Shown here piece by piece: positions 1-12,491 of a DNA stretch of 64,000 nt. Every line of letters begins with the position of its first letter. The first letter of the stretch is position 1. The position numbers were made by a program, and so were the translations under genes. The stretch lies in contig NC_091478.1 of the NCBI RefSeq assembly GCF_036971445.1, positions 102,982,001-103,046,000 on the forward strand, read 5' to 3'. The notes under the pieces were generated by a model. That model saw only the letters and a program-made list of their open reading frames with translations. It did not search any database and was not told where the DNA came from. Source of the stretch: Narcine bancroftii (Eukaryota).

Positions 1-1262
1 TAATGTGAACGTCTTAACGTTCTGCAGGAGGTTCTGCTACTTTTTGAAATGTCAAAATGTAAAGCTCCAAACTAATTCTTGAATGATTCTAGAATTCTTT
101 CCTCCACTACTTCACCACACTGTCATTCACCACTCTTGTCACACTTGTGTACATTAGCTCAAGGCAGCATTCACATCTATAAGATTCAAATTTTTAATGT
201 CCATGAACAATCCAATTTGCTACTTTCCTTCTTCGAAGTTTATGGAGAACTTTAGGGTTAAGAGACATGAAGCTACTGTCCTGTGGAAGCAACATTTTAG
301 AGAGGAAGTGGTCTGAGGAACAGACTGCCTGGGAAGATGATGCTTTGAGTAATGACTTGGTCAGAAGAAATTAAATGGATTTCCCTCAGAAAACTGGTGG
401 ATAAACACTTGTAGGTTTTCTTGCGCCATTTCAAAAGTTCAAAGATTCCTTTTATTGTCAACATAATACATTAAAAATGTAAATACGCATGATATACCTT
501 ATCTTTCGACTGCCGTAAGGCAAGCAAAGATCTGCCATGAGCATTGTCTGGAGAAAGAGAAGCCAAAGAGAGTCCCTTCAGAAACGCTGAGTGTCCGGGG
601 ATTCACCTCCAGCGCTCCCACAGCCTCACAGACTCTGGCTCCGAGGCACTCTAATTGATAGATGGAAATAGCTTGGTGTGTGAATTTTAGGATCGTGGAG
701 AGGAAGATAGGCAAACCTCACTCACCTAGAAATTCCTGTGTCCTTTAGAGGTCCCTGTCTTCTACATGTTAATGGCATTCTGAGTGGATATCCAGGCCAG
801 TGAGCCCTCAGTCCAATTAAACATCTGCATCAGTAAAACTGCAATCATGAGCATAGAATTAATTAAGAGAAAACTACCAATAAAACAATTGTTAGCTCAG
901 CATAATTTTGACCTTCAAACAAATTGACTGTATTTTCCTTTGGGAATGCATCCATCAAATTTGCAATACTTCAGCAGCTCAAATCGACTCCACAGTGTCA
1001 ATCGTGCATGGAATATGCAGGGCAGATAAAGGGTATTCAGCACAACTCATAACGCTATCCCGTTATCCCCCGTTATCAGCGCTCCCCACCATTTATTTCT
1101 CCCTTCTGCGTTTGACTAGCTTTCCCAGAAGAGGGCCAACCCAAGGACCACAACCGCTCCCAGAGGTAGAAGTTCCATTCACCTTGTCAGCAAGTTTCCA
1201 AGAAGGCAAACAAGCAAACAGCACAAGTGAAACACGAAAGCCTGCTGGCGCTGAGATGGTAT

Positions 1263-1681
1263 TAAAAACACACAGGAATGCTGGAGGAACTCAGCCGGTC
1301 TCGCAGAGTCCATAGCGGGTAAAGGTAGATTACTGACATTTCAGGCCGGAGCCCTTCCTCAAGGTATAAGCAAAAAGCAGGCAGTCACCTTAGTTGAAGA
1401 TTAGAGATTAAGGGGAAAGAATGGGGGGAGGAAGAGTTCAGACCAAAGAGCCACTGCCTCCTTTCACCGAGCCAAAATCAATTCTCACCTTTTGGCTCTT
1501 AGGTCTAGACTCCTGCCCCTCCCATTCTTCCCCCTTAATCTCTATAATTTAATTAAGATGCCTGCCTGCCTTTTGCTTGTACCTTGAAGAAGGGCTCAGG
1601 CCCGAAACATTGGTAATCTATCTTTACCTGCTTTGATGCTGTGAGACTGGCTGAGTTCCTCCAGCAGTTCTGTGTTTTTAC
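1263..1681. mobile_element. Penelope-like pseudo-LTR-derived inverted repeat (foldback) element
   Basis: Arms ~1263-1432 and ~1505-1681 are reverse complements. The same motif (gatgctg...cctgctgagtt.ctccagca) recurs at ~5870-5945, ~33835-33960, ~49760-49950, ~62160-62280 and after the Penelope endonuclease remnant at ~52340-52450. Confidence 0.6.
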
Positions 1682-2310
1682 AACGAACAGTAGAAAAGAG
1701 GGTTAATTCTCTTTCAAAATGGCTCCGTACCTGCTTTGTGTCTTTATAAGGGAATAAAGAATAATTGAGACATTCTGTACCAATACAGGCCTTTCATCCC
1801 CCCCTGTCTATGCTGACCATCCCGAGGATAGAGCAGCTCTTGAGATGCAAATCCCAGTGAAAATGCCCTCTGCATCCCAGATGGATTAGTTAAAAGGACA
1901 TTCACGCTGCCTGCTCTAATCTTTTAACAAAACAAACCTGGCAGAGGGTTGAGGCTGAAAATTTATCGTTCCCCTTTCTGTTTGGAGCTGTCATTGATCC
2001 AGCATCAGGTTTTTAGCATTGCTAAACACCGAAAGTGGGTCCTGCTGACAACATTACTTTTGTGATCACGCTCTCGGCTGGGGTAATGCATTTTATTAGA
2101 GGCAGGTTTCACTTTGTTTAATGTCCATCTTGCCAAGCTGGCTTTTATCAATGTTTGGCAGCCAATGTCAGGATTAGATGGACCACAGTTAACATCACCA
2201 CAAGATAGTTAAAGTTCAAGTTTATTATCACCTGTCCGAAAACAAAACAGCGTTTTCTGGTCCTCAGTGCAAAAACATGCAAATATACAACTAGACATAA
2301 CACACTAAGA

Positions 2311-2549
2311 GGTAAAGGTTCCATTATTGTCATGTAATACGTCATTTAGAATGTAACATACATGAAATTCTTTAACTTTTGTCAACCATAAGGCAGACAG
2401 AGAGTTGCCACTTTGTCTAGCGCCCCTCACAGAAACCTACACCACCCGTGTTTCCTGGGCGGTCTCCCCTCCAAGGACTGACCAGGCCTGAGCCTCCTTA
2501 GCTTCCTAGATCAGGCAATCTCAGGTGCATTCAGGCTATTCGGTGCTAC
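2311..2549 (-). mobile_element. 5S rRNA-derived SINE (SINE3-type), copy 1
   Basis: The reverse complement reads ...cctgaatgcacctgagattgcctgatctaggaagctaagg...ggcctggtcagtccttggaggggagaccgcccaggaaacacgggtggtgtaggtttct, a decayed 5S rRNA, followed by a ~120-bp tail shared with the copy at 14955-15200. Confidence 0.85.
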
Positions 2550-2824
2550 AAATCATGCATTTGCAGTACATGTATAAAAACTAATAAGCATTGTTTAATA
2601 AATAGTAGCATCTCAGAGGGTTTATATGAGGAGCTCAGGGGCACTCCACTCACTTTGCAAAAACTGTTGAGCATGTAAAGTGGCAATGATATTCTACAAA
2701 AAGCTGAGGCTTTTTTAGAATGCCAAGTCATCGAATTTTACAGTCCAGATGGAAAGCATTTGATGAGATAAGTCAATAAAGAGCTCACTGAGTTGAATCC
2801 TCCCTTCGGGCTCCCCCACAGCCG

Positions 2825-3060
2825 GAAGGTTGTGACTCTTCACAAGCAATTACTGTGCCAGCGACCCAGGTTCGAATCCACCACTGTTTGTAAAGAGTTT
2901 GCACATTCTCCCCGTGACCTTTGTGGGTTTTCTCTGAGGGCTCCAGTTTCCTCCCACCCTCCAAAACACATGGGGTTAGTAGGTTAATTGGGTGTAATTG
3001 GGCGGCCCGGGTTTCAAGAGCAGAAGGGCCATCTACTATGCTGTATCATTAAAATTAAAA
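2825..3060 (+). mobile_element. tRNA-derived SINE with AT-rich tail
   Basis: B-box-like ggttcgaatcc, conserved body (gtaaagagtttgcacattctccccgtgac...) and taaaat tail. Related copies at ~4740-4940, ~16405-16660, ~36745-36980 and ~12800-12950 (minus). Confidence 0.7.
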
Positions 3061-3559
3061 TGAAAAGCTCAACCAGGATAACTATGGTGAGAGCTTCTTC
3101 CTTCATCTATTAGATCTAAGTTATAGATTTCTACCACTCTCTGAGTGATAGATTTTTTCCTTAATTCCCCTCTAATCCTTCTTCAAGTTACCTTAGATCT
3201 ATATTGCCTTGTGTTTCTCCACTCTGTGAAATGAAATGGGTCCTTAATGTTCCCCTTCACTCGGCCTCCCACACAATGATTGCATCTCCCCTCAACCTCC
3301 TCTGTTCCAAAAATATACCCCCATTTGGGCTTTGTGAAGCCCTGAATAACACTCATTTGCTAATTTAACATTTCAAATCAATCACCTTTCACCTATAATT
3401 CTCATTCAGCGGTTACATTTGGCATTGTTTATGATGTTTGCATTTATTTCCCAGCAAATTATATTCTCTGTAAATGAAGTAAAGTCCAACTTAAATATAA
3501 CATTATTCTATGTATGAATAAAATAATTCAGAGGTTAAAATTATGTATTTTATCCAACC

Positions 3560-4300
3560 GTATAACCATTTGCAGCACAGAAACAGGCCACGTTGGCCCT
3601 TCAGGTCCACCCTGGTTCACTTGAATAACTCCACTAGCTCCCCCCTCCCGCTCTCCGCCCACAACCCTCCAACCCCCCTCACATGCATGAACACATCCAA
3701 CCTTCTCTTAAATGACAGAAGGGACCCTGCCGCAACTATCTCTTCTGGAAGATCATTCCATTCTGCCACCACTCTCTGAGTGAAGAAGCCACCTCTAACA
3801 TTTCTCCTAAAGTTTTGACCCCTTATCCTTATGCCCTCTTGTTCCAACCTCCCCTGCCCTATTTACATCTAGTCTATCTATTCCCTTCATAATTTTAAAT
3901 ACCTCTATCAAATCCCCTCTCAGCCATCTATGTTCCAATGAATAAAGTCCCAGTCTCCTTAATCTTTCTCCGTACTCTAGATGCTGAAAGCCAGGCAACA
4001 TCTTGTAAAAATCTTCTCAGCACCCTCTCCTTATCTATATCTTTTCTATAATTTGGAGACCAGAACTGAGCACAATACTCTAAACCTGGCCTCACCAATG
4101 CCTTAAACAGTCGCAGCATCACTTCCCAGCTCCTATACTCTATGCTCTGATTTATGAAGGCCAGCATACCATATGCCTTCTTAACCACCCTGTCTACGTG
4201 GGAATCGACCTTCAATGAACTCTGTACCATAACCCCCCAGGTCCCTCTGCTCCTCTGCGTACCTCAATGCTCTCCCCTTAACTGCATATGTTCTATTTTG
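3560..4300 (-). mobile_element. CR1-clade LINE 3' fragment
   Basis: Frameshifted ORF2 C-terminus: KKAYGMLAFINQSIEYRSWEVMLRLFKALVRPGLEYCAQFWSP; YGERLRRLGLYSLE; FFTQRVVAEWNDLP. Confidence 0.9.
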
Positions 4301-5108
4301 GTTATTTTTTTCTAAAGTTACCAATAAATTGTACAGGGATAATAGGTTGATTGATGTAACCGGAAGGGCCTGTTACTATGCAGTATGTCTAATTTAATTT
4401 TAAAAATTAAAACATATACATTGAAGATAAATATGTATAAACGGATAATCTATTTCACTTTAAATAGGTTTGTAAATTTACTTGATTTCATTGTTGAAGT
4501 GCTTGCGAAGACGCCATCATTTCTTTTTTGAATCCAATGTAAAAATGTTTTTTTCTCCAGTTCAGGAGCCGCGAACGCCACTCTGAAAAGCGCCGAGTTT
4601 TGAGATGAACGTCTTTGAACAGAGAACTGAAGTTGTTCGAAATGAAAAGGGAGATCAGGTGGGATAAGTGGTGTCTGAGGGATGAAGACTTTTCCCCAAA
4701 AGCATGACCAGTCATTAATGGACGGCAGGGTAAGTGGAGCAGTTGACACTGCACTGTGACAGCACCAGAGAGCAGGATTCAAATCCGGCGCTGTCTGTAA
4801 AGAGTTGGTACGTTCTCCATGTGTCTGCATGGGTTTCCTCCAGTTTTCCCCTGGGTGTTGTAGGTCATTGAGCAGCATGGGTTTGTGGCCTGGAAGGGCC
4901 TATTCCTGTGCAGTATGCCTAAATGAATTTTATTTTAATTAAACAGGGAAGTCTACAGATGCTGATGTTGGGTGCAAGACACAAAGGTTCTGGAGAAAAT
5001 CAGCAGGTCTATTTCTCTTACCGTTATTGTTGTAGCCTCAATTACTTGTGGTTTTAGTAAAATTCAAATTCTGAGTGCCTGAATTGGAGTTCTGTGATGT
5101 GATGTGAT

Positions 5109-5127
5109 GCCCACCAGAGGGCAATAG
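5109..5127 (+). promoter_or_regulatory. Candidate CTCF-binding site
   Basis: GCCCACCAGAGGGCAATA closely matches the CTCF core CCACCAG(G/A)GGGC. Motif match only. Confidence 0.4.
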
Positions 5128-6464
5128 AGAGCTTACAACTGGACTGGAAAATGTACAGCCTCGTCAACAACGGTCATAATCAGAATTTATTGGCGTGTCT
5201 ACGTGCCATGAAATTTGTTGTTTTGTGGCGGCATTACAGGTGGGAAATTGCAATAAAATGCTTTTTTTTTTAAATGAATAAATTAGTGAACAAGAAGAGA
5301 AAATGTTAGGTAGCATCTGTGATTCATTGTCCGTTCAGAAACCGGATGGGGAAGAGGATATTTTTGCACCGCTGGGAGCTCGTCTTCAGGCTCCTGCACT
5401 TCCTTCCTGATGGCAGCAGTGAGAAGAGGGTGGGGAGGGTCCTTGATGATGGAGATTTCTTCCTTAGATTTACATCCAGGTGGTCAAAGAAACTTTGAAA
5501 GAGGGCCTTTATTTACAGCTTGTGGTTCTTTAATTTTTTCGTGCTAAAACTTTCATTTCGCAGTTGGTAGTTCAAATAGTGTTATTTGGGAAAACAGGTC
5601 ATGAACTGGTGTCACAACATGGTTTTTCATCTCAATCATTTAATTTCCCCGATTCCTCATTTTAGTAAATTCAAAGTGAACTCTCCCACATTGAGATCAC
5701 TGAGAAATGTGTGGGCTATCGTTCTCTCCCGACCACAGCTCTGGACCTCACTCACTTAGACCTGCCTCTCCGACACTTTGTCCTCCACCTATCCTGTTAG
5801 CCTGTGCTCCTCCTCCTGCTCCCTCCCCGTCCTCCCACCTTTTTATTCAGGGGACTACCTGTTTTTGCTTATACCTGATGACGGGCCTAAGCCTTTACTT
5901 CCTATGGATGCTATGTGACCTGCTGACTTTCTCCAGCACATTGTGAATTCCACTTCCCCTCCCCCCTCCCCCCACCAAGCATCTCCAGACTTCCCAGTCT
6001 TTTCAGACTTTCTTGTTTAACTCCAATGTGCTTGAATATCGGTTTTCAAGTCAAGGAACAGCCCTTTCTGTGCAACTCATCCATGCAGATTAAGTCGGCA
6101 TTCTGGGCCAGTCTTTTTTTTTCTAATCTACTTTAGATCGCTCCTTTTCTAGAATAGTTTATTTTTCAAAATCTGCAAGTATAAAACATTCTTTTTTATC
6201 TAAGTTTGTTATTACAGATGATTGGCATTTTCTAAATCCTACCTGCAGAGAGTACTTTTTTTTAATCTAACGTTCATCGTTTGTATTCAAGGACTGATTA
6301 TTTTTTAATTGATAATCAATTAATCTCTCTGACTAAATTGTGTGAGTGTCAAGGAATAGTGATTTCCGATCATGTCCCAGATATATCTTTGAATATCTAT
6401 GATAAATCCCCTATCAAGAAACAATGAAGATTTAATATTACTCTTCTTGCCGATAGAGAATTTA

Positions 6465-7130
6465 GATTTTATTGTTTTGCGGCAGCGTTACAGGCCAAAT
6501 ATTGCCATAAAATTACATTTAAAATAAATAAATTAGTGCAAAAATAAGAGGGCATGAGGAAGTGTCTGTGGTTCATTGTCCATTCAGAAATCTGATAGCG
6601 GAGGGGAAGAAACTGTCCTTGTGCCACTGGATGTTCATCTTCAATCTCCTGCACCTCTTTCCTGATGGTAGCAGTGTGAAGAGGGCATGCTCTGGATGGT
6701 GCGGGTCCTTGAGGATAGAGGCTGCCTCCTATAGACACCGTCACTTGTAGATATCCTCAATGGAGTGAGAGATGTGCTCATTACGGCGCTGACTGAATTC
6801 ACAACTCTGAGTTTTTTCTTGTCCTGTGCATTGGCACCTCCATTCTAGGCAGTGATGCAACCAGTGAGAATGCTCTCTGGGGTACACCTGTCAAAATTTG
6901 CATGAGTCTTCAGTGACATACCAAATCTCCTCAAACTCCTCACGAAGAACAGCCACTGGCAAGCCTTCTTCATGACTGCATCGATGTGGACGTCGTGGAA
7001 GCTCCAGGACAGATCCTCAGAGATGCTGACACCCAGGAACTTGATTACCTTCACCATATCCACTGCTGACTCCTCGATGAGGACTACTTCATGCTTTCTT
7101 GTTCGTGTTCATGCTCACAGTAATCCTTCG
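6465..7130 (-). mobile_element. Rex-Babar-type LINE 3' fragment
   Basis: KFLGVSISEDLSWS...KKACQWLFFVRSLRRFGMS...ESILTGCITA followed by the typical 3' end. Confidence 0.8.
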
Positions 7131-8439
7131 AGATTCGACTATTTATGAAACAACATTGATTTATTTTTATATATGTTTCTATGTACTGCTTGTCTGTATG
7201 TGTTTTGTCTGATTGTATGTTTGCATATTTTTGCACTGAGAACCACAGAACTCTGTTTCGGCGGGTTGTACTTGTGCAATCGGATGATAATGAACTTGAA
7301 CTTGGAAATCTATCCATTCTTGTTCATTTATTGGACGTGTCAATCCAACGTGCTTTAGAGGAAGACTTCAGGACACTCAAGAGGGCACAATAAACCAAGC
7401 AGCAATTCATAATGAATTGATTGAGCTTATACAGTGTGGAAATCGGGGCACTGCAACTGGGTAAAGGGATAAAGAACCATTGGTATGGCTGCTTCTCATC
7501 AGAAAAGCAAAGACGTTGACTTTGGTTATGGACTTAGCGCATTGTTGCTCTTAACCATGATTCAGACACAAGCAATCATCATTTGAGTGAGGAATTAACC
7601 ACCATGCAAAATTCAAGCTTTTAACCGCTACCTTCTGCAATAAAACACAGGATGTTTATCTTAAAATGCATCTAAATAAAGGTTGAATATTCTGAAGCAC
7701 CAACACCCCACTCCTGCATTACCACTCAGTTCATAAAGGGTTAAAGGCAGGCAGGCCAAAGCCAGGTCCCTAATTCATGACTGCAGTCAAAGAAATTGTT
7801 TCTAAAATAAGAAAGGAATCTTGAGATCATGGCAACGCATTTTTGCATCCCTTGTTTGCATAGTAGAGAAACAGCTTTAGCGAAGGCAACGTTGAGTTTA
7901 CTTATGGACATCTGGAGTAGAGAGCAATGGGGATATTGTCCTCAACTACTTAACATTGCAGAGATCAGGCCAAGCTTTGGGAAATGAATGGAATGCAGGA
8001 ATTTAAAGAAAAGGATTAGAAAGTTGCCATCTTTAGCACCATTGTAAAATGAAGCCCAGAAAATATTTTTTTTTTGTCTGGGATTACAGCATGGACTTAG
8101 TTTGATAGTGACTTCATTCCACATAATCACCATAATTATGGAATTACTTCTTCCCAGGTGGTGAATTTTGTTAAAATTGTTTTTTTTTTATTTTTGGAAA
8201 GAAACCTCAAAAGTTTGATTTCATAAGTTTTTCAAGCTGTGGCCGACTTTGATGGTCGACTGTGATTTAGTGGACTGAACTCTCACTGCTGAGTCAGACA
8301 CCGTGGGTTGGGGTAAACAGTGAGGCTGGAGGAACTCAGTGGGTCAGCCAGCGTCCATGGAGAGAACAGTCAGTCAGCATTTCGGATTGAGTCCCAGCTG
8401 TGGGTTCAAACAGGAACATAGAGATTGAGACTGGCACTG

Positions 8440-8965
8440 AGGTTCCCCAATCGAGTTCAAGAGCAGTGAGGTAATATTACAGCTTTGAAAGGCCGAGGTG
8501 AGACCCCACTTGGAATACTGAGATCACCTCAGTTCCAGTCACCTCATTACTGGAAAGATGTGGATGCCATAGAGAGGGTGTGGACAAGATTTACCAGGAT
8601 GCTGACTGGAGAGGAGAGCATACTTTATGAAGATAGGTTGAGTGGATTTGGTCTTTTCTCCTTGGAACGACCAAGGATGAGGGGTGACCTGTCAAGAGGC
8701 ATTGTCAACAGAATCAGAAATGGCAATGAGGAAGCGCACAGGAGGGAGATAGATCAGCTCATTGGGTGGTGTAACGACAATAACCTTACGCTGAACGTCA
8801 GTAAAACCAAGGAGATGATTGTGGACCTCAGGAGGAAATCAGGGGAACATGACTCAGTCCCCATCAAGGCGTCAGTAGTGGAGAGGAACAAGAACTTCAA
8901 ATTCCTGGGTGTCATCATCTCGGAAGATCTGACCTGGATCCTCCAGGTCAATGTGATCATGAAGA
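8440..8965 (+). mobile_element. Juxtaposed CR1 (8440-8690) and Rex-Babar (8690-8965) LINE fragments
   Basis: The 8485-9012 ORF is a chimera: HYWKDVDAIERVWTRFTRML...FSLERPRMRGDL (CR1), then REIDQLIGWCNDNNLTLNVSKTKEMIVDLRR...KFLGVIISEDLTW (Rex-Babar). Confidence 0.8.
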
Positions 8966-9670
8966 TGGCAGCACTGTGGACCCCGGAGAGCAGAGACACA
9001 GCCCTGCCCTGAAGGGTTCGATTTCCCCTGTCTGACAGCATTTTTAATTAAAATCCTGCAGCCTCAGGTTCTGTGCCCAAGATGACGGTGCATGTTCGGC
9101 AGCAACCATGAGGGGTTGCCGACTCCGGGGGAGCACCAGACCAGATACCAGATAGGGAAGCACACCGCCCATTGAGAAGGAGAAGCGGAGATCACCTTAT
9201 TAGGACTGCGACTGCAGCAGCTGACCAGCAAGGGGCTCAGCGGCTAAAGGGTTCACACAGGCTATGGGCTGTTAGTAACTCGCAGCTGAAGGACTCACAC
9301 AAGCTGTGGGCAGTTGGCGCCATGATCAGGGTCTGCTGTCTGGATTGTGAGAACCAGGTATCGGAACTGGGATTTGAAAGGGAACTGAGGGCAAGAAGAG
9401 CCCCTGATGGGTTTCGGGCACTGAAGGCTTCCTGATTGTGTCAGAGGTATGGATCTGGAGCTTGGGTTGCCGATGGTTTGAACTGGGATCTGCTTGGCTG
9501 CAAAGGCTGTGGAGGCGAATCCACGGACACTCTGAAGTGTCTCTGAAGGTACTGCCTTTTGCTTCTCTTCATCTTATTGTTTGGGGCGCTGGGCAATGCT
9601 CATAGCGATTTTTTGTCTGCCTTACAGCAGGCAGACATTAAAGTACATCATGTATGATACATTTTTCATG
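8965..9670 (+). mobile_element. GC-rich non-autonomous interspersed repeat
   Basis: Homologous to minus-strand copies at ~10885-11470 and ~440-650 (shared gcactgaaggcttcct motif and 3' tail). Confidence 0.6.
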
Positions 9671-10601
9671 GGCTGGAGAGCCAGCTGACATCCTGCACAG
9701 TTAAAGTGTGTACCTTTAGGGAGGACATCTAGCATTCAATAACTGGCCCAAGGCAAGGGTCGCCAGATCACGCTCCTTGCCCAAGTGTCAATGATATACA
9801 AGTGTGAGGGTGTTGAAGTCAAGTTCAGGTCCTGCCCACAGATGCCCTTCGAGAAGGCATTGTTGATTTCTTAATGCCTGAGTCAACAACAGCCAGGCAC
9901 TGCTCTATCCACGAGCTATGGCAGGAGTTCCACATTGTTCACTCAGCTTGCTTCCCTTTGATCACCTGCAAAATCCCCAGAGCCCTTCAACCCAAGCCAT
10001 GAACCCAGGCTCGATACCTCACCTGGAACTCCCCTGCAAATGGCATGAACAAACTGCATTGAACAACCTAAAAAAAAAAGTCATCCCTTATATCACCTTC
10101 AGAAAGATGGTGGAACTTTTTAAAAACTCATCGTACAAATGCACAGCCAAGTTTTACTGACCCACATCTGAGCTCCATTCCCCGACTTTGCCAAGTTATT
10201 TGGTCCCAGTGTGAATAGCAGTTAAGATACTGACATCCACAGATGAATGGGTAATGAGGTGGGGTGCAATGGGTCAATTCCATTCAATTGCTTGCAGTTA
10301 CTGAAATCAAATCACTTTTTTAACTGGAAATGGAAGGATTTAAATCTATGTCCTTTGGTTCTTGACTCTTCTACCAAAGTGAACAATTCCTACTGTCGGG
10401 ACCATTCAATATTTTGTTTGATGCCATTTGATTCAGCAAATTGAAGTGAAATATTTACTTTTTAGGGGTGGGGATGTTAATAGTGAAATTAAAACTTTTT
10501 TCATAGGACAAGTCCAAACTATCACATTTTTAGATTGTGAAACTGAACAACAGTAATGCTCTGTTGAGCAGTTTCCTCTCCAGAAATTGCAAGAATTAAA
10601 A

Positions 10602-10790
10602 TAGTGGTTCTCAACCCTCCCCTCCGTTCCCCCCCCCCCCCCCACCCCACTCACACACTACTATGGCTTAGGATGGCGTGGGTGCTCTGTGGTTAGTAAG
10701 GGATTGCTTAAGAGGTTAAAGCTACAACCTACAGAATTTTGTGATTTTCTTCAAGAGGTATATGAGTGGAAAAAAAGTTGTGAACCACTG
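10602..10790. mobile_element. hAT (Charlie-like) MITE without cargo
   Basis: TIRs tagtggttctcaacc / gttgtgaaccactg; imperfect 8-bp TSD aattaaaa/aataaaaa. Confidence 0.75.
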
Positions 10791-10884
10791 AATAAAAATA
10801 TGCATTTCTCCTGCAATAAATGCAATGTCCAGCAGGTGTCAGGAGTGGACCACTGTGGGAGAATCAGTGCTGTCCCAGACTGAA

Positions 10885-11470
10885 AAGGTTCCAGGATTCC
10901 TTTTATTGTCATGTAATAATGCATTAAAAAGACAACATACATGATATACTTCAACTTTTGCCTGCTGTAAGGTAGATTAAGATTCACCATTAGTGTCACC
11001 TGGTGCCCCTTATGGTATGAGAGAAAGAGAAGCAAGAGGATCTCTTCAGTCACTGAATATCCATGGATTTGTCTCCAGCTCTCCCATCATCGCTACTACC
11101 GCAGACTCCTGTTCAATCATTTCGGCAGCCAAAGCTCCACATCTAAACCTCCAACGATGAGGAAGCCTTCAGCACCTGAGATCCTTTCGGAGCCTTTATT
11201 GCCCTCAGCACCCTCTCGAATGAATTCAGGACCTGGGTTCCCATTGACCTGATGTCCAGCAGCCCACAACCTGTGCAGATTCCCTGACTCCAAGTTCCAA
11301 GCAGCCCGCAAGGCCCCCCTCCCCAACTGTAAGTCACCCAGCCTCTAAGCCCCTCGTTGGTCCGCTGCCGTGGTCACTGTCCTCCAAGTTTTCTTCTCAA
11401 CAGGGTTTATTCTCCCCATTTCTGGTGCCCTGTGCTACACTGCTCCTCCCCGGAGTCTGCAACCCTTATC
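10885..11470 (-). mobile_element. GC-rich non-autonomous interspersed repeat (same family as 8965-9670)
   Basis: Reverse-complement similarity to ~9280-9670; 3' tail ...catgacaataaaaggaatcc. Confidence 0.6.
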
Positions 11471-12131
11471 ATCCCTATTGAGTCTCCATTAAAGTGTCCT
11501 GACCTAAAACATCGTCTGACCATTTCAACCCAATGGATGCATGGTGAGGTGAATGAACTATTGATGTATCCAGCCGGCCAACCAAAAATAACAGAGAGAA
11601 GATAGATGATTAGCATTTCAACTCATCTGAAAGCTAGTCATATTTGTTCTTTTAAAGTATCATCTTATTTGGAGAGAAAACATTGATGTGCTGAACACGA
11701 ACAACAAATAAAGATAACTGGATTTATATTGCAGATAAAGATCAACCATCATGATCCCTTTTGGTTGCAGCATCATTTTAAAAAGACATAATATGAAGTA
11801 ATTATCTGATTCACCATTTGCAGAACCTTCCCCCTTTGCCTTTTAACTGATGACATTTATAGAACGGTTCATAATTTTCTTAATGAAGTAATGTGTGCAG
11901 GGCTGAGGTTTGGAAACACAAAAGTAATTTCACATTTCACTGACACAGTAGGTCACAAGAGTTTGCAGGGTTTAATAATCTTTAGTTTTCAAATCTTGTA
12001 GCAATCACATTAGGATAAATGATGAAAGTTGGAATAATTTCCTCCCGCAGAACAACAGCTTCTGTGAGTCTCCAGTATACTTCGAGACCAATTCTCAGTC
12101 CAACCCGGGGTGGGTGGCAGGGGGGAGAAAA

Positions 12132-12206
12132 TCACTTAGAAGACTCTTCAATTCGCTTTTGCATCCTTGCAGCGTGCTCCCTGTTTTTGGCCCTCTTGGA
12201 TTTTTG
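12132..12206 (-). CDS. CMC2: CMC2 (COX assembly twin-CX9C protein), last coding exon
   Basis: Acceptor ctctcaaccttcag; QKSKRAKNREHAARMQKRIEESSK*, phase 0; resembles the vertebrate CMC2 C-terminus. Confidence 0.9.
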   Translation of the reverse strand, partial: QKSKRAKNREHAARMQKRIEESSK

Positions 12207-12491
12207 CTGAAGGTTGAGAGAAAACAAGAACAGATGTTAGAAAATGGAACCGAGCTGCTCAGTCCAATGGGTCACTGGTTTTATTTAGTGAGGAGCTGGA
12301 ACGCACCGAGCAGGAAAGGTCTCCAGGTCCCCAACTTAATAACTAATCTCCAACAGCACACTCAGAAAGGGATCAAAAGTGGTCACGATTTCCATCATAT
12401 ATTTTACTATTTATAATTTTATTTTTACCTTCATTTTCACTGGTGGTGCATTATCTTAATTTAATTTTATATTTAAATTTTAACTTTAGAC

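Noticed and set aside
1-1200. Coding-looking unique sequence and the 135-aa ORF at 908
   Set aside because: Stops break up 1-900, no homology is recognisable, and the ORF runs into a repeat.
8485-9012. 175-aa ORF as a novel gene
   Set aside because: It is a chance in-frame join of CR1 and Rex-Babar fragments.
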